Source: Acidobacteriota bacterium
GTDB lineage: Bacteria > Acidobacteriota > UBA890
NCBI GenBank assembly: GCA_965214245.1
Contig: CBDCBL010000010.1
Span: 480,414-544,413, forward strand
DNA length: 64,000 nucleotides
Direction of reading: 5' to 3'
The notes below the pieces were generated by a model that ran no database searches, had not been told where the DNA came from, and worked only from the letters and a program-made list of their open reading frames with translations. Positions within the stretch are counted from its first letter, which is position 1; each line of letters opens with the position of its first letter. This document shows positions 41,584-52,183 of the stretch, piece by piece. Made by a program: the position numbers and the translations under genes.

Positions 41584-41649
41584 TCTGACCTCCCTTTTTC
41601 GACCCAGATCGTGAGATTACCTCTGGATCCGTTTTGGGGGGTCAGGTCA

Positions 41650-43850
41650 CGACTCCGGCGGGCCGAACGGAGGTATCTACAAATCCACCGACGGCGGTGA
41701 CAGCTGGCTGAAGCTCACCGACGGCCTGCCCGAGGGCGCCATCGGCAAGATCGGCCTGGCGATTTCACACTCGAACCCCGACACACTGATGGCCATCGTC
41801 GAGCATGGTTTCCAGCCGCAACGGCGCAACGAGGATGACAGCGAGAATCCCGACTACGACGACATGTCGAAGCTCGGCACCGGCATTTATCGGTCGGACG
41901 ACGGCGGCGACAGCTGGGAGTACGTGAGTCGTTACAACAACCGACCCTTCTACTACAGCCACATCTGGATGAATCCGGTCAACGACGACATCGTGTATGT
42001 GGTCGCCGGCAGCGCCCAGATCTCTGTCGACGGTGGCCGCACGTTCGAGCGCCAGATGCAGGGAATTTCCGGCGACTTCCACGCCCTGTGGGTAAATCCG
42101 GCGAACCCGGACATTTTCTATGTCGGCAACGACAAGGGCTCGTACATCACGTACGACCACGGCTACAGCTTCCTGATGTTCGACAACATGGACCTGGGCC
42201 AGTTCTATGCTGTCACCGCCGACATGCGGGATCCGTACTGGGTGTACGGGGGGCTCCAGGACAACGGCAATTGGGGCGGCCCAAGCAACAGCCGCGACTG
42301 GAACGGCATCCTCAACGACCACTGGTTCAAGTTTCACAGCGGCGACGGCTTCCACACCACGGTGGACCCGAATGACTGGCGCACGGTGTACACCGAGAGC
42401 CAAGGCGGCAGCATCCGCCGTCTCGATGCCGTGTTCCGCCAGGTCGGTGAGAGCATTACGCCGAATCGCGAGAACGCCTTGAACGCCGCCGACTTCATAG
42501 AGGAGAGCGATGTTGCGGCTTCTGCCGCCGGGCCGGGAGGGGGGCGTGGCGGCTTCGGCCGCGGCGGCGCCAACCGGCTGCCGCGCGATCAGTTCCGCTT
42601 CAATTGGAGCTCGCCGTTGATCCTGTCGCCGCACGCTTCGACAACGATCTACTTCGCTGGCAACCACGTGTTCAAGAGCACCGACCGTGGCGACACCTGG
42701 ATGATCGTGAGCCCCGACCTGTCGTACAACGATCCCGAGAGACCACGGATTCGGAGAGTGGCGGGTTGACGCGCGACGTTACGGGCGCCGAGACGCACGC
42801 TACCGTCATCACGATCTCGGAATCGCCCATCGCCAAGGGGCTCATCTGGATCGGCACCGACGACGGGCGCGTTCAGGTGACCCGCGACGACGGCGCCCAC
42901 TGGACCGATGTCCGTTCCAACTTTCCCGGCGCCCCGCGGGGACTATGGGTGAGCCGCGTTGAGGCCTCGCGGTTTGTCGAGGGCCGAGCATATGTGAGCC
43001 TCGACGGCCATCGCAGCGACAACTTTACAGCATGGGTTTTTCGGACCGACGATTATGGGCAGACCTGGACCAACGTCGGCGCCGGCCTTCCCGATGAGCC
43101 CGTCTACGTAGTGCGCGAGGACCTGAGGAACCCGAGCTTGTTGTTCGTCGGTACCGAGTTCGCCGTTCACGCAACCGTAAACGGCGGCACGAGCTGGGGA
43201 CGCCTGATGAACGGCATGCCCACCGTTCCCGTGCACGACCTGATCATCCATCCGCGCGACGGCGACCTTATTGCCGCCACCCACGGACGCAGCATCTGGA
43301 TTCTCGACGACATCACACCGCTGCAGCAGTTGAACGCTGAGGTCGTGGGCGCCGACGCCCACATGTTCGACAACCGCATCGCGACGCAGTGGCGCGGTAT
43401 CAGCCGCGGCGCGACGCGCGGTCACAAGCTGTTCATGGGGCGAAATCCGTTGACGATCGATCAGCGGCCGCCAGGAAATTCGCCCAACGAGCTGGTCAGC
43501 TCGGCGGCGATCCATTTTTATCTGCGCGATGATCCGAACGAAGATGTGCGCCTGGAGATCAGCGGCATCGGCAGCGAACAGACGTTCGAGACCACAATCG
43601 CCGCCGCCGCCGGGATCAACCGCTACTATTGGCCGATGCGTTTTTCGCCCGCCGCAGGGCAGGGCGGCCGCGGTGCGGGAGGTGTGGCGGCCGCGGTGGT
43701 GGTGGCCGCGGCGGTGGCGGCCGCGGTGGTTTCGGCGGTGGCCCACAGGCGGAACCCGGAACGTATCGGGTCAGGCTGACGATGGACGACGAAACTTACT
43801 CGACCACGCTCACGATTCGCGCCGACCCGGAGGCGTCGAAGATCGAGTAG
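41650..43850 (+). pseudogene. Sortilin/VPS10-like BNR repeat protein, paralog 3. The 5' end is truncated by IS3 copy B and there are 2 frame breaks.
   Basis: Coding begins ...GGIYKSTDGGDSWLK right at the IS end, so signal peptide and first blades are missing. ORFs 41789..42769, 42604..43779 and 43629..43850 are collinear with paralog 2. The Gly-rich C-terminal segment is present. Confidence 0.7.
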
Positions 43851-44769
43851 TGGGCGCCGGGATCAGTCGTCGTCGCTGTCCTGAGATCGACGGTCGCCAT
43901 CGAGCTCGCCACCCTTGGCGGCGTGTACATCGCGGCGTCGGCGCGCGCGATGATCTCCTCGAGCGTTTCGCCCGGAACCCGATAAGCCCGGCCGATGCTG
44001 AAGGCAATCGGCGCTTGTTCCGGCGCGTTGGCCATCAGGCGTTCGGTAATGATGTCGAGGTTTTCGGGCGCCACGACCTCGACGAAGAGTGCGAATTCGT
44101 CGCCACCCAGGCGTACCAACACGTCATCGGCGCGCTTGTTGCGGATCAGGAAGTGGGCGAAGCGCTGCAGCACACGGTCGCCTTCTTCCTGGCCGTAGGT
44201 GTCGTTGATCCCCTTGAACCCGTCGAGTCCATCATCAGGCAGCCATAGAAATAGCTGGGACGCTCCGTGACGGGGCGCTGCGCCTGCAAATACCGGCGAT
44301 TGTAACAGCCGGTGAGCAGATCGCGGACGCTGAGCTGCGCCAGCTGAGCCTCGAGGGTTTTGCGTTTGGTGATGTCCAGCAGCACCCCGTACAGAGCGAG
44401 CGCCTCACCTTCGTCTTTTTGCACGTGACAAGTGTCGAGGACGGTGACGATCTCGCCGTCGAGGCAACGAACATCGATTTCGAACTCGTTCACGGCGCCG
44501 CGCTGGACCACCTCCTGCTCGAATTCCCGCCGCCGTTCGGCGTCGGGCCACAGATCGTGATCGGTGATGTCTTCGAGCCGCTTGGCGCCCAGCATGTCGA
44601 GAAACGCCGGATTGGCGTCGACGATCCGGCCGTCCAGCGTCGACACGTAGGTGCCCTCCGCCAGCGTGTCGATGAGGGCACGCATCGTCTCCGGGTCCTT
44701 CAGGGATACCGGAATATGGCGGCGACGTTCGGGCGCCGTTGCTTTTTGCTCGGTCCCTTTATCGTCCAT
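43796..44769 (-). CDS. PAS-domain diguanylate cyclase (GGDEF), read through one frame break
   Basis: PAS domain and GGDEF N-terminal ...RDLLTGCYNRRYL in ORF 44146..44769. RLGGDEF in ORF 43796..44173. Its 3' end overlaps the sortilin gene by about 55 bp, convergently. Confidence 0.6.
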
Positions 44770-44792
44770 GGCAGGCTAGGAATCTGAAAAAG

Positions 44793-44866
44793 TCGGGGTG
44801 AGAGGATTTGAACCTCCGACCCCCTGCTCCCAAAGCAGGTGCGCTTCCGGACTGCGCCACACCCCG
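44793..44866 (-). tRNA. tRNA-Pro (anticodon TGG)
   Basis: 74 nt. Acceptor CGGGGTG/CACCCCG, D-arm GCGC-AGTCCGGAA-GCGC, anticodon arm CCTGC-TTTGGGA-GCAGG, T-arm GGAGG-TTCAAAT-CCTCT, discriminator A. Folded by hand. Confidence 0.85.
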
Positions 44867-44950
44867 ATGAAGTCCCCAGGATACCTACCCGGATCGCCGG
44901 CAGCCAAATGAATCCGAATTAACAGGTGTTGAAGAGGTACCGGGAGTTGC

Positions 44951-45592
44951 TCAACACGTTGCTGGTTCGGGCTGGTCGGCACGCCAGGCGCGCAGGAACG
45001 CTGCCATGTCGCGTGCCGCAACGCCGCGATGCGAGCGTGTCGATTTCTCTTCGCGGCTCAGCTGAGCAAAGGTTCGACCCAGCTCCGGCACCAGGAACAC
45101 CGGATCGTAGCCGAAACCGCCGTCTCCTGCCGGCGATTCGGTGATCCTGCCGCAGCAAGTTCCCGTAGTCTCGTGCACGAGCTTCCCGTGATACGCGAGG
45201 GCGAGGTGGCATACGAATCGCGCCCCGCGATGCGCTGCGCCGATGCCCTCGAGCATGTCGATTATCTTGCCGTTGCGCGCCTCCTGACTGATCGACGGGT
45301 CGATGTAACGGGCCGAGCGCACGCCGGGTTCGCCCCCGAGGGCCTCGACTTCGAGACCGGAGTCGTCGGCGAGCACCGGTACGGCGACGCGCCGCGAGGT
45401 GAACAACGCCTTGCCGCGCGCATTCTCGGCGAAGGTCGTTCCCGTTTCCTCGTATTCGGGCATGTCGTCGGGCATCGGGGCGACCCCCCAGGGCGTGTCG
45501 AGGAGCAGGTCGTTCATCTCGCCGACCTTACCCGGGTTGAGGGTTGCGAAGATCAGCGTCGGGCGGTCCTTGTCGGGTCCGACGTCAGTCAA
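44951..45592 (-). CDS. rdgB: Non-canonical purine NTP pyrophosphatase (RdgB/Ham1 family)
   Basis: ...IFATLNPGKVGE... N-terminus and Ham1 motifs. The start is uncertain; TTG at 45592 is proposed. Confidence 0.65.
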   Translation of the reverse strand: MTDVGPDKDRPTLIFATLNPGKVGEMNDLLLDTPWGVAPMPDDMPEYEETGTTFAENARGKALFTSRRVAVPVLADDSGLEVEALGGEPGVRSARYIDPSISQEARNGKIIDMLEGIGAAHRGARFVCHLALAYHGKLVHETTGTCCGRITESPAGDGGFGYDPVFLVPELGRTFAQLSREEKSTRSHRGVAARDMAAFLRAWRADQPEPATC

Positions 45593-46334
45593 ATTCAGAG
45601 TCCTGACGCACGCCGGGGTTTGGCTCCAGCAACACCCATTCGTCGGACGGCCGCAACGGCCGCGACAGGTCGACGTGTCCCGCCAACGTATCGATCGGGG
45701 CACCGTCGATGAGAATCTGCACGGCATCGATTTCGGGAAAGCTCACGGCCAGCGTCGCGACCACGCTGTAGACCGTATGCAATTCGCCCAGCGACCCACC
45801 GCCGCCGAATACGTAAAACGCCCGATCGAAGTCGACGTAGGCGATGCCGCCCGGCGAAACCCATACCTCGCGGACGCTGGCCTCCGGGGGGACCGGAGAG
45901 GTGGTTTCGGTTCCCTCCCACTCGATCAGCTCCTGAACGGCGCGTTGCGCCTGTGCATCGAGCGTGGCCGGAGCGAACGTCGTGCGCGGCACCGGGATGA
46001 GTCGCTCGAGGCCGCCAACGATGAGGAAGAGCTGCAGCTCCATCGTGCCCCGCGTGCCGCGCTCGCCCGCCAGCAGTGCCAGCGCCTCGCGGCTTTCGGG
46101 ATCGAGCTGTGCCGCCGCCGCGGCGTCGATCAGCTGCGGTCTGCTGTCCGGTGGCTGCGTAGCGCCGGGTACTTCGGCGGGCTCGGCCGCGGGCGCAGCG
46201 GTGTCAACCGCCGCGACGGGCGCCTCCGGTGCTGGCGGTCCGATGACCATCCACACGGCGAAGGCGAGGAGAGCGAAGAGCAGCCCCGAGATCGCGACGA
46301 CGCGCCACGGGAACTTGGGGTCATTTCGCCTCAT
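45585..46334 (-). CDS. GerMN-domain membrane-anchored protein
   Basis: N-terminal TM helix, Ala/Pro-rich linker, GerMN-like C-terminal domain. Conserved position between the amidase and rdgB. Confidence 0.5.
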   Translation of the reverse strand: MRRNDPKFPWRVVAISGLLFALLAFAVWMVIGPPAPEAPVAAVDTAAPAAEPAEVPGATQPPDSRPQLIDAAAAAQLDPESREALALLAGERGTRGTMELQLFLIVGGLERLIPVPRTTFAPATLDAQAQRAVQELIEWEGTETTSPVPPEASVREVWVSPGGIAYVDFDRAFYVFGGGGSLGELHTVYSVVATLAVSFPEIDAVQILIDGAPIDTLAGHVDLSRPLRPSDEWVLLEPNPGVRQDSEFD

Positions 46335-46356
46335 CCGACTGCGACTCCGAGTGTTG

Positions 46357-47208
46357 CTAGCGCTGTGAGCCGCCGATCAGCTGGGCTTGCCGCCGCCGAT
46401 ACTGGTTGAGGCTTTCGTAGAGCTGCTCCGCAATGCGCTGGCGATACTGGGGATCGGCGAGTAGACGCTCCTCATCGGGGTTCGAAAGGAAACCGACCTC
46501 GACGAGCACCGACGGCATGTTGGCGCCTTTGAGCACCCTGAACGGCGCCTGTTTGACGCCGCGATCGGTTGTGCCGGCGAGGTCGTTGAGCCGCACCTGG
46601 ATCATCTCGGCGAGTACGCTGCTCTCGAACAAATGCTTCGTCTGCGCCATGTCCCAAAGCAGCATCTGCAGGCCCGAGTCTCCCGAGGCCGGTCCTTGCA
46701 GGTGGAGCGCATCGTTTTCGAGGGCGGCGAGCCGACGGGCGTCGTCGTCGGTCGCCTGGTCCGACAGAAAAAAGGTCTCGGCTCCATGCACACCCTTGCC
46801 GCGATAGGCGTTGGCATGGATGGACACGAAAACGTTTGCTTTCAGGTTGTTGGCAAACGCCGTTCGTTGCTCGAGATCCCTGTCGACATCCGATTCACGG
46901 GTCAGGCGGGCGTCGAGGCCGAGGCGCTCCTCGATCAGGTCGTGGAGACGTTGGGCGATGTTCAAGGCTACGGCCTTCTCCGTGACGCCGGTGGGGCCCA
47001 CGGCGCCGATCTCAGAGCCACCGTGCCCCGGGTCGATGACGATCGTCCGGAATACGTCTTGCGGCCGGGGTCGCGTGGGTTGTTCAGGAAACTCGGCACC
47101 GTCGGCCGCCGTCGGGCTCGAGGCACCGGGGAAGCCGAATGTGGCGCCAGCGGCGGCGACCGAAACCGCGACGATCATCAGGGCCAGAGCGAATCGCGTG
47201 TGTTTCAT
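46357..47208 (-). CDS. amiC: N-acetylmuramoyl-L-alanine amidase (Amidase_3 family)
   Basis: Signal peptide MKHTRFALALMIVAVSVAAAGA from the ATG at 47208. VIDPGHGG...SIHANA zinc-amidase motifs. Confidence 0.75.
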   Translation of the reverse strand: MKHTRFALALMIVAVSVAAAGATFGFPGASSPTAADGAEFPEQPTRPRPQDVFRTIVIDPGHGGSEIGAVGPTGVTEKAVALNIAQRLHDLIEERLGLDARLTRESDVDRDLEQRTAFANNLKANVFVSIHANAYRGKGVHGAETFFLSDQATDDDARRLAALENDALHLQGPASGDSGLQMLLWDMAQTKHLFESSVLAEMIQVRLNDLAGTTDRGVKQAPFRVLKGANMPSVLVEVGFLSNPDEERLLADPQYRQRIAEQLYESLNQYRRRQAQLIGGSQR

Positions 47209-47313
47209 ACGGTAATCGTACTTGCCGGGACGAGTCAGAGTAAATATCGTCTTGGTTGCAGGCAATCAGCGACCCGAGACCCGGGAGTTGTTCAGCACCC
47301 GGCCAACGTTCGC

Positions 47314-48879
47314 TCAGCGGCCCGAGCCGACGGCCGGCGCCCGGGGGATCTTCTCGTCGCGCATTGCCGCGTGGTAGAGCAACGAGGCCATCACGACCGA
47401 TGCTTGCATTAAGTCTTCCTCGCGGATGCGCTCGTACGCGTCGACGTTGGTGTGGTGCGTGCGGACGTCGTAGTCGTCGTAGGAATGGATGGGCTGGAAT
47501 CCGGGCAGGCCCTCGGCGATGAAGCTCAGGTGGTCGGTGCAACAAATGCCGGCCATCGTGAGCGTGGTCTCGCGCAAGTCCTGGAACGGCGCCAGGTTGG
47601 CCTCGAAGAAGGGAATGACCCCCGGGTTGCCCTCGATGAAAAATCCATTAACCGGCCCGGCACCCGGATCGAGGTTGAAATACACCGAGAACTTATCGCG
47701 CGCCGTGGCGTTCGCGTCGCCCGACAGATGGTGCTCGACGTAGCGTCGCGACCCGTGAAGCCCTTGCTCCTCGCCGCCCCACAGCGCCATCCGAATGGTG
47801 CGCCTCGGCCGCGCGCCGATTGCTTGCAGAATGCGCATGGCTTCCATGACGGTGGCGCCGCCATCGGCGTTGTCGGTGGCGCCTGCTGACGAGTGCCACG
47901 AGTCGAGGTGCGCCCCGATCATCACCACCTCCCCGCCGATCTCCGCGTCGGAGCCGGGAATCTCGGCAATCACGTTGTAGCCGTTGGTGTCGTCCTCGTG
48001 GAAGCGGCCCTCGATTCTGATGCGCAACTGCACGTCGATGCCGCGCTCGAGCATGCGGGCAATCATGTTGTAGTGCTCCGGCGCCATGACCACGGTGGGT
48101 ACCGCATCATCGTCGTCGCGGCTCTGGCCGAGCACGAAGAGCGTGCCGTGCTCGCTGCGGCTCGGTTCGAGAACGACGCCGGCCCCCTCGCTGCGTAGCA
48201 TCCGTACGGCGGCTTGTTGCTGGTCGCGTGCTTGCCGGCGGCCGGCGCGCTGTGCCTCCTGCTGCGCCTGCGCTTCAGCGCCGAGGTTGGTGCGGCTCGT
48301 CGGGCTCCAGCGTTCGCCGCTGGCCTCCGTGCCGGTGTCGCGGTAGTCGGGCGGGTCGTCGCGATCTGCACTGATGAACCGCGTTTCCTCCGGACGCAAC
48401 ATGACTATCACATTGCCGAGGCGGCCGCTGTATTCGGCGAGCTCGTTTTCCGACTTGCCGGCCAGCATCACCGGCGAGGACACCAGCTCGCCGTCGGTCG
48501 ACGGGCTCCACGCCCGCGGATATCCCGTCAACGGCATGTAGCGGGGCTCCACCATTTCCAGCGTGAAGTGTTCCAGGGTCCAGCCGCGGCCGAAGGGAAA
48601 GCTCTCCAGGTGAGCGTCGTCGAGGCCCCACGAGCGGAGCTCGTCGCGTGACCAGCGCATGGCTTCGTTGAATGCCGGTGTGGCGGTGAGTCGCGGGCCG
48701 AACACATCGACGTATTGGCTGAACGTTTCCCATACGCGAGAGCGCTCCAGTCCTTCCTCGCGGATCCTGGTGATCACCTCGATGTCGATGGACTCCTCGG
48801 CCTGGCGAGCGACCGCTAGGGCGGGCAGGGACAGCACGGCGATCAAGAGGGCGGCAAACAGGGGGCGCGAGCGGCTCAT
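47314..48879 (-). CDS. M28 family zinc aminopeptidase with PA domain
   Basis: Signal peptide from the ATG at 48879. IGAHLDSW...DNADG...GGEEQGLHGS metal-binding motifs. Confidence 0.75.
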   Translation of the reverse strand: MSRSRPLFAALLIAVLSLPALAVARQAEESIDIEVITRIREEGLERSRVWETFSQYVDVFGPRLTATPAFNEAMRWSRDELRSWGLDDAHLESFPFGRGWTLEHFTLEMVEPRYMPLTGYPRAWSPSTDGELVSSPVMLAGKSENELAEYSGRLGNVIVMLRPEETRFISADRDDPPDYRDTGTEASGERWSPTSRTNLGAEAQAQQEAQRAGRRQARDQQQAAVRMLRSEGAGVVLEPSRSEHGTLFVLGQSRDDDDAVPTVVMAPEHYNMIARMLERGIDVQLRIRIEGRFHEDDTNGYNVIAEIPGSDAEIGGEVVMIGAHLDSWHSSAGATDNADGGATVMEAMRILQAIGARPRRTIRMALWGGEEQGLHGSRRYVEHHLSGDANATARDKFSVYFNLDPGAGPVNGFFIEGNPGVIPFFEANLAPFQDLRETTLTMAGICCTDHLSFIAEGLPGFQPIHSYDDYDVRTHHTNVDAYERIREEDLMQASVVMASLLYHAAMRDEKIPRAPAVGSGR

Positions 48880-48999
48880 CGAACACTCCATGACGCAGGA
48901 AATGGAGGAAGACAGCGAATGTCTCCCGGGGCGCGGCGCAGACCGCGGCCGCGCCGACGTTATATCCCGGTTGTCCGGGCGATTCAAAAGGAACAACGA

Positions 49000-50147
49000 T
49001 CAGGTGCCTGCCGACGCCTCGAACGGATAGGTCGCCAGGCGTCGGACCCCTTCGCGGATGTCGTCTTCGGTTCCCGAAAACGAGAGGCGCAAGAAGCGTC
49101 CAGCCTGGTGACCAAAACCGGCGCCGGGAACGGTGATTACCCCGGTTTCCCGGAGCACGTCGAGAGCGACCTCGATGCTGTTGTTGCGCGGCGCCGCTTC
49201 GACGAGCACGAAGAAGGCCCCCTCAGGATCGAAGTAGGGCAGGCCGAGCTCTTGGTCGATGAGCTCGGTCATGAGGCGCCGCTTGCTATCGAATTCGGCG
49301 CGCATGCGCCCAGCCCGTTCGGTGGCGGCGGGCCCGAGAGCTTCGAGCGCGGCGCGTTGCGCCAGGGTCGGGGCGCAGGTAACCGTGTATTGGTTGATCA
49401 CCGTGGCCGCGCCGATGAGCTCGGGCGGCCCGATGACCCAACCGAGCCTCCAGCCGGTCATGCTTTCCGTCTTCGACAGGCTGTAAACCACCATGCCGCG
49501 GTCGGAAACGTCGAGAAACGACGCCGGTGGCTCACCGAAGTAAATTTCCCGGTAGACCTCGTCGGAGATCACCGCGAGGTCGTGTTCCATTGCGATCTCG
49601 GCGACGCGCGCCAGCTCGTCGTGGGGGATCACGTGCCCAGTCGGATTTGACGGCGTGTTGATGACGATGGCGCGGGTGCGCCTGGTTACGAAGCGGCGTA
49701 GCGAGTCGGCGGAGAAGCGAAAGCCCTCTGCCGCAGGCATCGGGTAGCGTACCGGCCGGGCGCCGGCGATGGATGCCATCGCGGCATAGGAAGCGAATCC
49801 CGGGTCGGGGACCAGAACCTCGTCGCCCGCATCCACGGTGGCGAACATCGAGGCGAGAAGGCCGCCGGTGGCGCCTACGGTTACGCACACCGATTCCGCC
49901 GTCACGTCGGCGGCGGCGGCGGTGGCGATTGAGTCGCGCAGCTCTGCCAGGCCGCCATTGAAGGTGTACGGCAGCCTCCCGCTGTCGAGAGCTTCGCGAC
50001 CCGTGGCGACGATCGACACTCGGCGGTGTCGAACATCGGCTCGCCCAGTGCCAGGTTGATGGCGTCGGGTGGCGCATTCTCGAACATCTGCCGGGTGAGC
50101 GAAATGGCAACGCCGTCGAGCCGGCTGGCAACGCGGGGTTCGTTCAT
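49000..50147 (-). CDS. Class I/II pyridoxal-phosphate aminotransferase (aspartate / N-succinyl-diaminopimelate aminotransferase-like), one frame break near 50020-50035
   Basis: N-terminus ...[12 protein letters not shown] in ORF 49902..50147; the rest, with SKT PLP-lysine region, in ORF 49000..50019. Start overlaps the dapD stop (ATGA). Confidence 0.65.
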
Positions 50148-50983
50148 TGGCGCAAAGTGTCTTCGAGTGCGGCCGCCGCGTCGGTGCGGTCGTCGCGGTA
50201 TTTTACGATGAGCGGCGTGGCGACGTGCAACGAGTGCCGGGCGGCGAATTCGCCCGTCGCGGGCCGACTCCCCGGCACCACGACGGCGCCCGGCGGAATG
50301 ACCAGGGGCTGATCGTCGGCGGCGCGCAATACTTCGCCTTTGACGGTGTCGTACACGGGCGTCGATGCCGTGAGTATGGTCCCGGCGCCGATCACCGCCT
50401 CATGGCTGACCACTGTGCCCTCATAGATGCCGCAGTTACCGCCCACCAGAACGTCGTCTTCGATGATCACCGGCAAGGCGCCGACCGGTTCGAGAACGCC
50501 GCCGATCTGCGCCGCTGCTGAAACATGAACCCGTATGCCGATTTGGGCGCAGGAACCGATGAGGGCGTGCGAGTCGATCAGAGAGCCGCCGCCTACGTGG
50601 GCGCCGATGTTGACGAACATCGGCGGCATGCAGATGACGTCGGGACCGACATACGCGCCCCGCCGGATGGACGATCCTCCCGGAACCACCCGGACCTTCT
50701 CGGTGTCGTCGAAACGGCGCACCGGCAGATTGTCCTTGTCGACGAAGCCGAGCGGGCCCGCATTGTCGAGACGAACGGTGCGCCCCAGGCGAAAGCCCAG
50801 CAAGATGCCCTTCTTGACCCAGGTGTTGGTTCGCCAGCCGTCGGGTGTCGATTCGGCGGCGCGGATCGATCCGGCCGTGAGCGCGTCACGAAGCTCTTCG
50901 AAGGCTTCGCCGGCGTCGTCGGGGAGCTCATCCGCCAGCAGCTCGTACAGCTCATTGATCTTTTGTTTCAGCTCAGAGAGCAT
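50144..50983 (-). CDS. dapD: 2,3,4,5-tetrahydropyridine-2,6-dicarboxylate N-succinyltransferase
   Basis: Hexapeptide-repeat left-handed beta-helix; DapD-specific N-terminal domain. Confidence 0.8.
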   Translation of the reverse strand: MLSELKQKINELYELLADELPDDAGEAFEELRDALTAGSIRAAESTPDGWRTNTWVKKGILLGFRLGRTVRLDNAGPLGFVDKDNLPVRRFDDTEKVRVVPGGSSIRRGAYVGPDVICMPPMFVNIGAHVGGGSLIDSHALIGSCAQIGIRVHVSAAAQIGGVLEPVGALPVIIEDDVLVGGNCGIYEGTVVSHEAVIGAGTILTASTPVYDTVKGEVLRAADDQPLVIPPGAVVVPGSRPATGEFAARHSLHVATPLIVKYRDDRTDAAAALEDTLRQ

Positions 50984-50998
50984 CGAGCGCCGTTACCT

Positions 50999-51772
50999 TC
51001 ATGGGCTGTCGTTAGGGGTCAGAATATCGTCCATGACCTGGGCAAAGGCGTAAAAACCCCGTTTGCCGACGAGCCACTCGGCGGCCATTATCGCCCCACA
51101 CGCGGAGCCTTCGCGACCGCGCGCCGTATGCACCAGCTCGAGGGAATCGGCGCTGCTGTCGAAGCCCACCCGGTGTTGGCCGATTGCCGCGCCGCCACGC
51201 ACGCTGGCGACGTGCAGCGCTGCGGCATCGATGGCGCCGTCGGGGTTGCCCGCCTGGATTTGTGTTTTACGCTCGATGCCGCCCACCAGGATATCCGCCA
51301 GCCGTGCAGCCGTGCCGCTCGGCGCGTCGAGCTTGTTGCGATGATGATGCTCGAAGACGTACGGGTCGTAGCCGTCGAACCTGTCGAACAAAGCGGCGGC
51401 TTCCTCGACGAGCCGGAAGAAGAGATTCGCGCCGATCGAGAAGTTGGCGCCGTGCACCAGCGCCGCGTTGTTGTCGTCGACGTGCCGCTTCGCTTCGTCA
51501 CGGTGGGCGTCCCAGCCCGTCGTCCCCACCACCAACGGCAGGCCGATCTCGGCCGCCCTCTTGATGTTCGCCAACACGGCGTCGGGCTGGCTGAACTCGA
51601 TGGCGGCGTCGATGCCGTCGAACACGTCCGAAGTAATACCGCTGCCGTCGGTGTTGTCGGCGATGTCGAGCGTCACGGCGATCCGATGACCCGACGCCTG
51701 CGCCGCTGCCTCTACCTCGTGTCCCATGCGGCCATAGCCGATGAGCCCCAACGTGAGCGCTCCATCAGTCAT
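50999..51772 (-). CDS. dapB: 4-hydroxy-tetrahydrodipicolinate reductase
   Basis: LGLIGYGRMG NAD(P)-binding N-terminus from the ATG at 51772; DapB C-terminal domain with HHRNKLDAPSGTA motif. Confidence 0.85.
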   Translation of the reverse strand: MTDGALTLGLIGYGRMGHEVEAAAQASGHRIAVTLDIADNTDGSGITSDVFDGIDAAIEFSQPDAVLANIKRAAEIGLPLVVGTTGWDAHRDEAKRHVDDNNAALVHGANFSIGANLFFRLVEEAAALFDRFDGYDPYVFEHHHRNKLDAPSGTAARLADILVGGIERKTQIQAGNPDGAIDAAALHVASVRGGAAIGQHRVGFDSSADSLELVHTARGREGSACGAIMAAEWLVGKRGFYAFAQVMDDILTPNDSP

Positions 51773-52118
51773 CCGCGCCCTCGACGAGCATCTCGACCAG
51801 GTCATCGACGTCCAGAGGGAATCGGTACTTCTCGATCTCGAGGCGGCCGTCGCTGGGGAACTCCACCCCCTCCGTTTCGAGCCGCGCGCGCTGGCGACCG
51901 GGCTCGCTGCCGTCTTTGACGTCGGTCGAACAACCGCCCGCTGCGTTGACGACCCGGTGCCAGGGTACGTCGTCCGGGCAGTCGTTCAGCGCCCAGCCGA
52001 TCGCCCGCGGCGTCAGCGGCCGCGAACAGAGTTTGGCGATCTGGCCGTAGTTCATGACCTGTCCCCGGGGAATGAGACGAACGATTTCGTAAACCTCGGA
52101 CCACGCGCTCGAGCCCAT
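51765..52118 (-). CDS. Alkyltransferase-like (ATL) protein: MGMT DNA-binding domain with Trp in place of the acceptor Cys
   Basis: ...VPWHRVVNAAGG... where canonical O6-methylguanine methyltransferases have PCHRV. 117 aa. Overlaps the dapB start by 8 bp. Confidence 0.6.
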   Translation of the reverse strand: MGSSAWSEVYEIVRLIPRGQVMNYGQIAKLCSRPLTPRAIGWALNDCPDDVPWHRVVNAAGGCSTDVKDGSEPGRQRARLETEGVEFPSDGRLEIEKYRFPLDVDDLVEMLVEGADD

Positions 52119-52183
52119 GAAGCCGATGCTACCAGAGGCCTCGGCACCTTGGCCGGGGGCGGCAGATCACTGGTACTTCAGAT

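Larger units (their letters stand above)
40390..41649 (-). mobile_element. IS3-family (IS407-like) insertion sequence, copy B, 1260 bp, inverted relative to copy A
   Basis: TGACCAGACCCCGCGG... at 40390 and ...GGGGGGTCAGGTCA at 41649. orfA and orfB identical to copy A apart from rare substitutions. Flanks cggtat and cgactc; no target duplication. Confidence 0.85.

Noticed and set aside
25808-41649. Reading the IS3-flanked block as a canonical composite transposon
   Set aside because: No target-site duplication surrounds the block: the flanks are cttg and cgac. Both outer flanks are truncated genes. The structure is therefore reported as composite-like or rearranged, not as a defined transposon.
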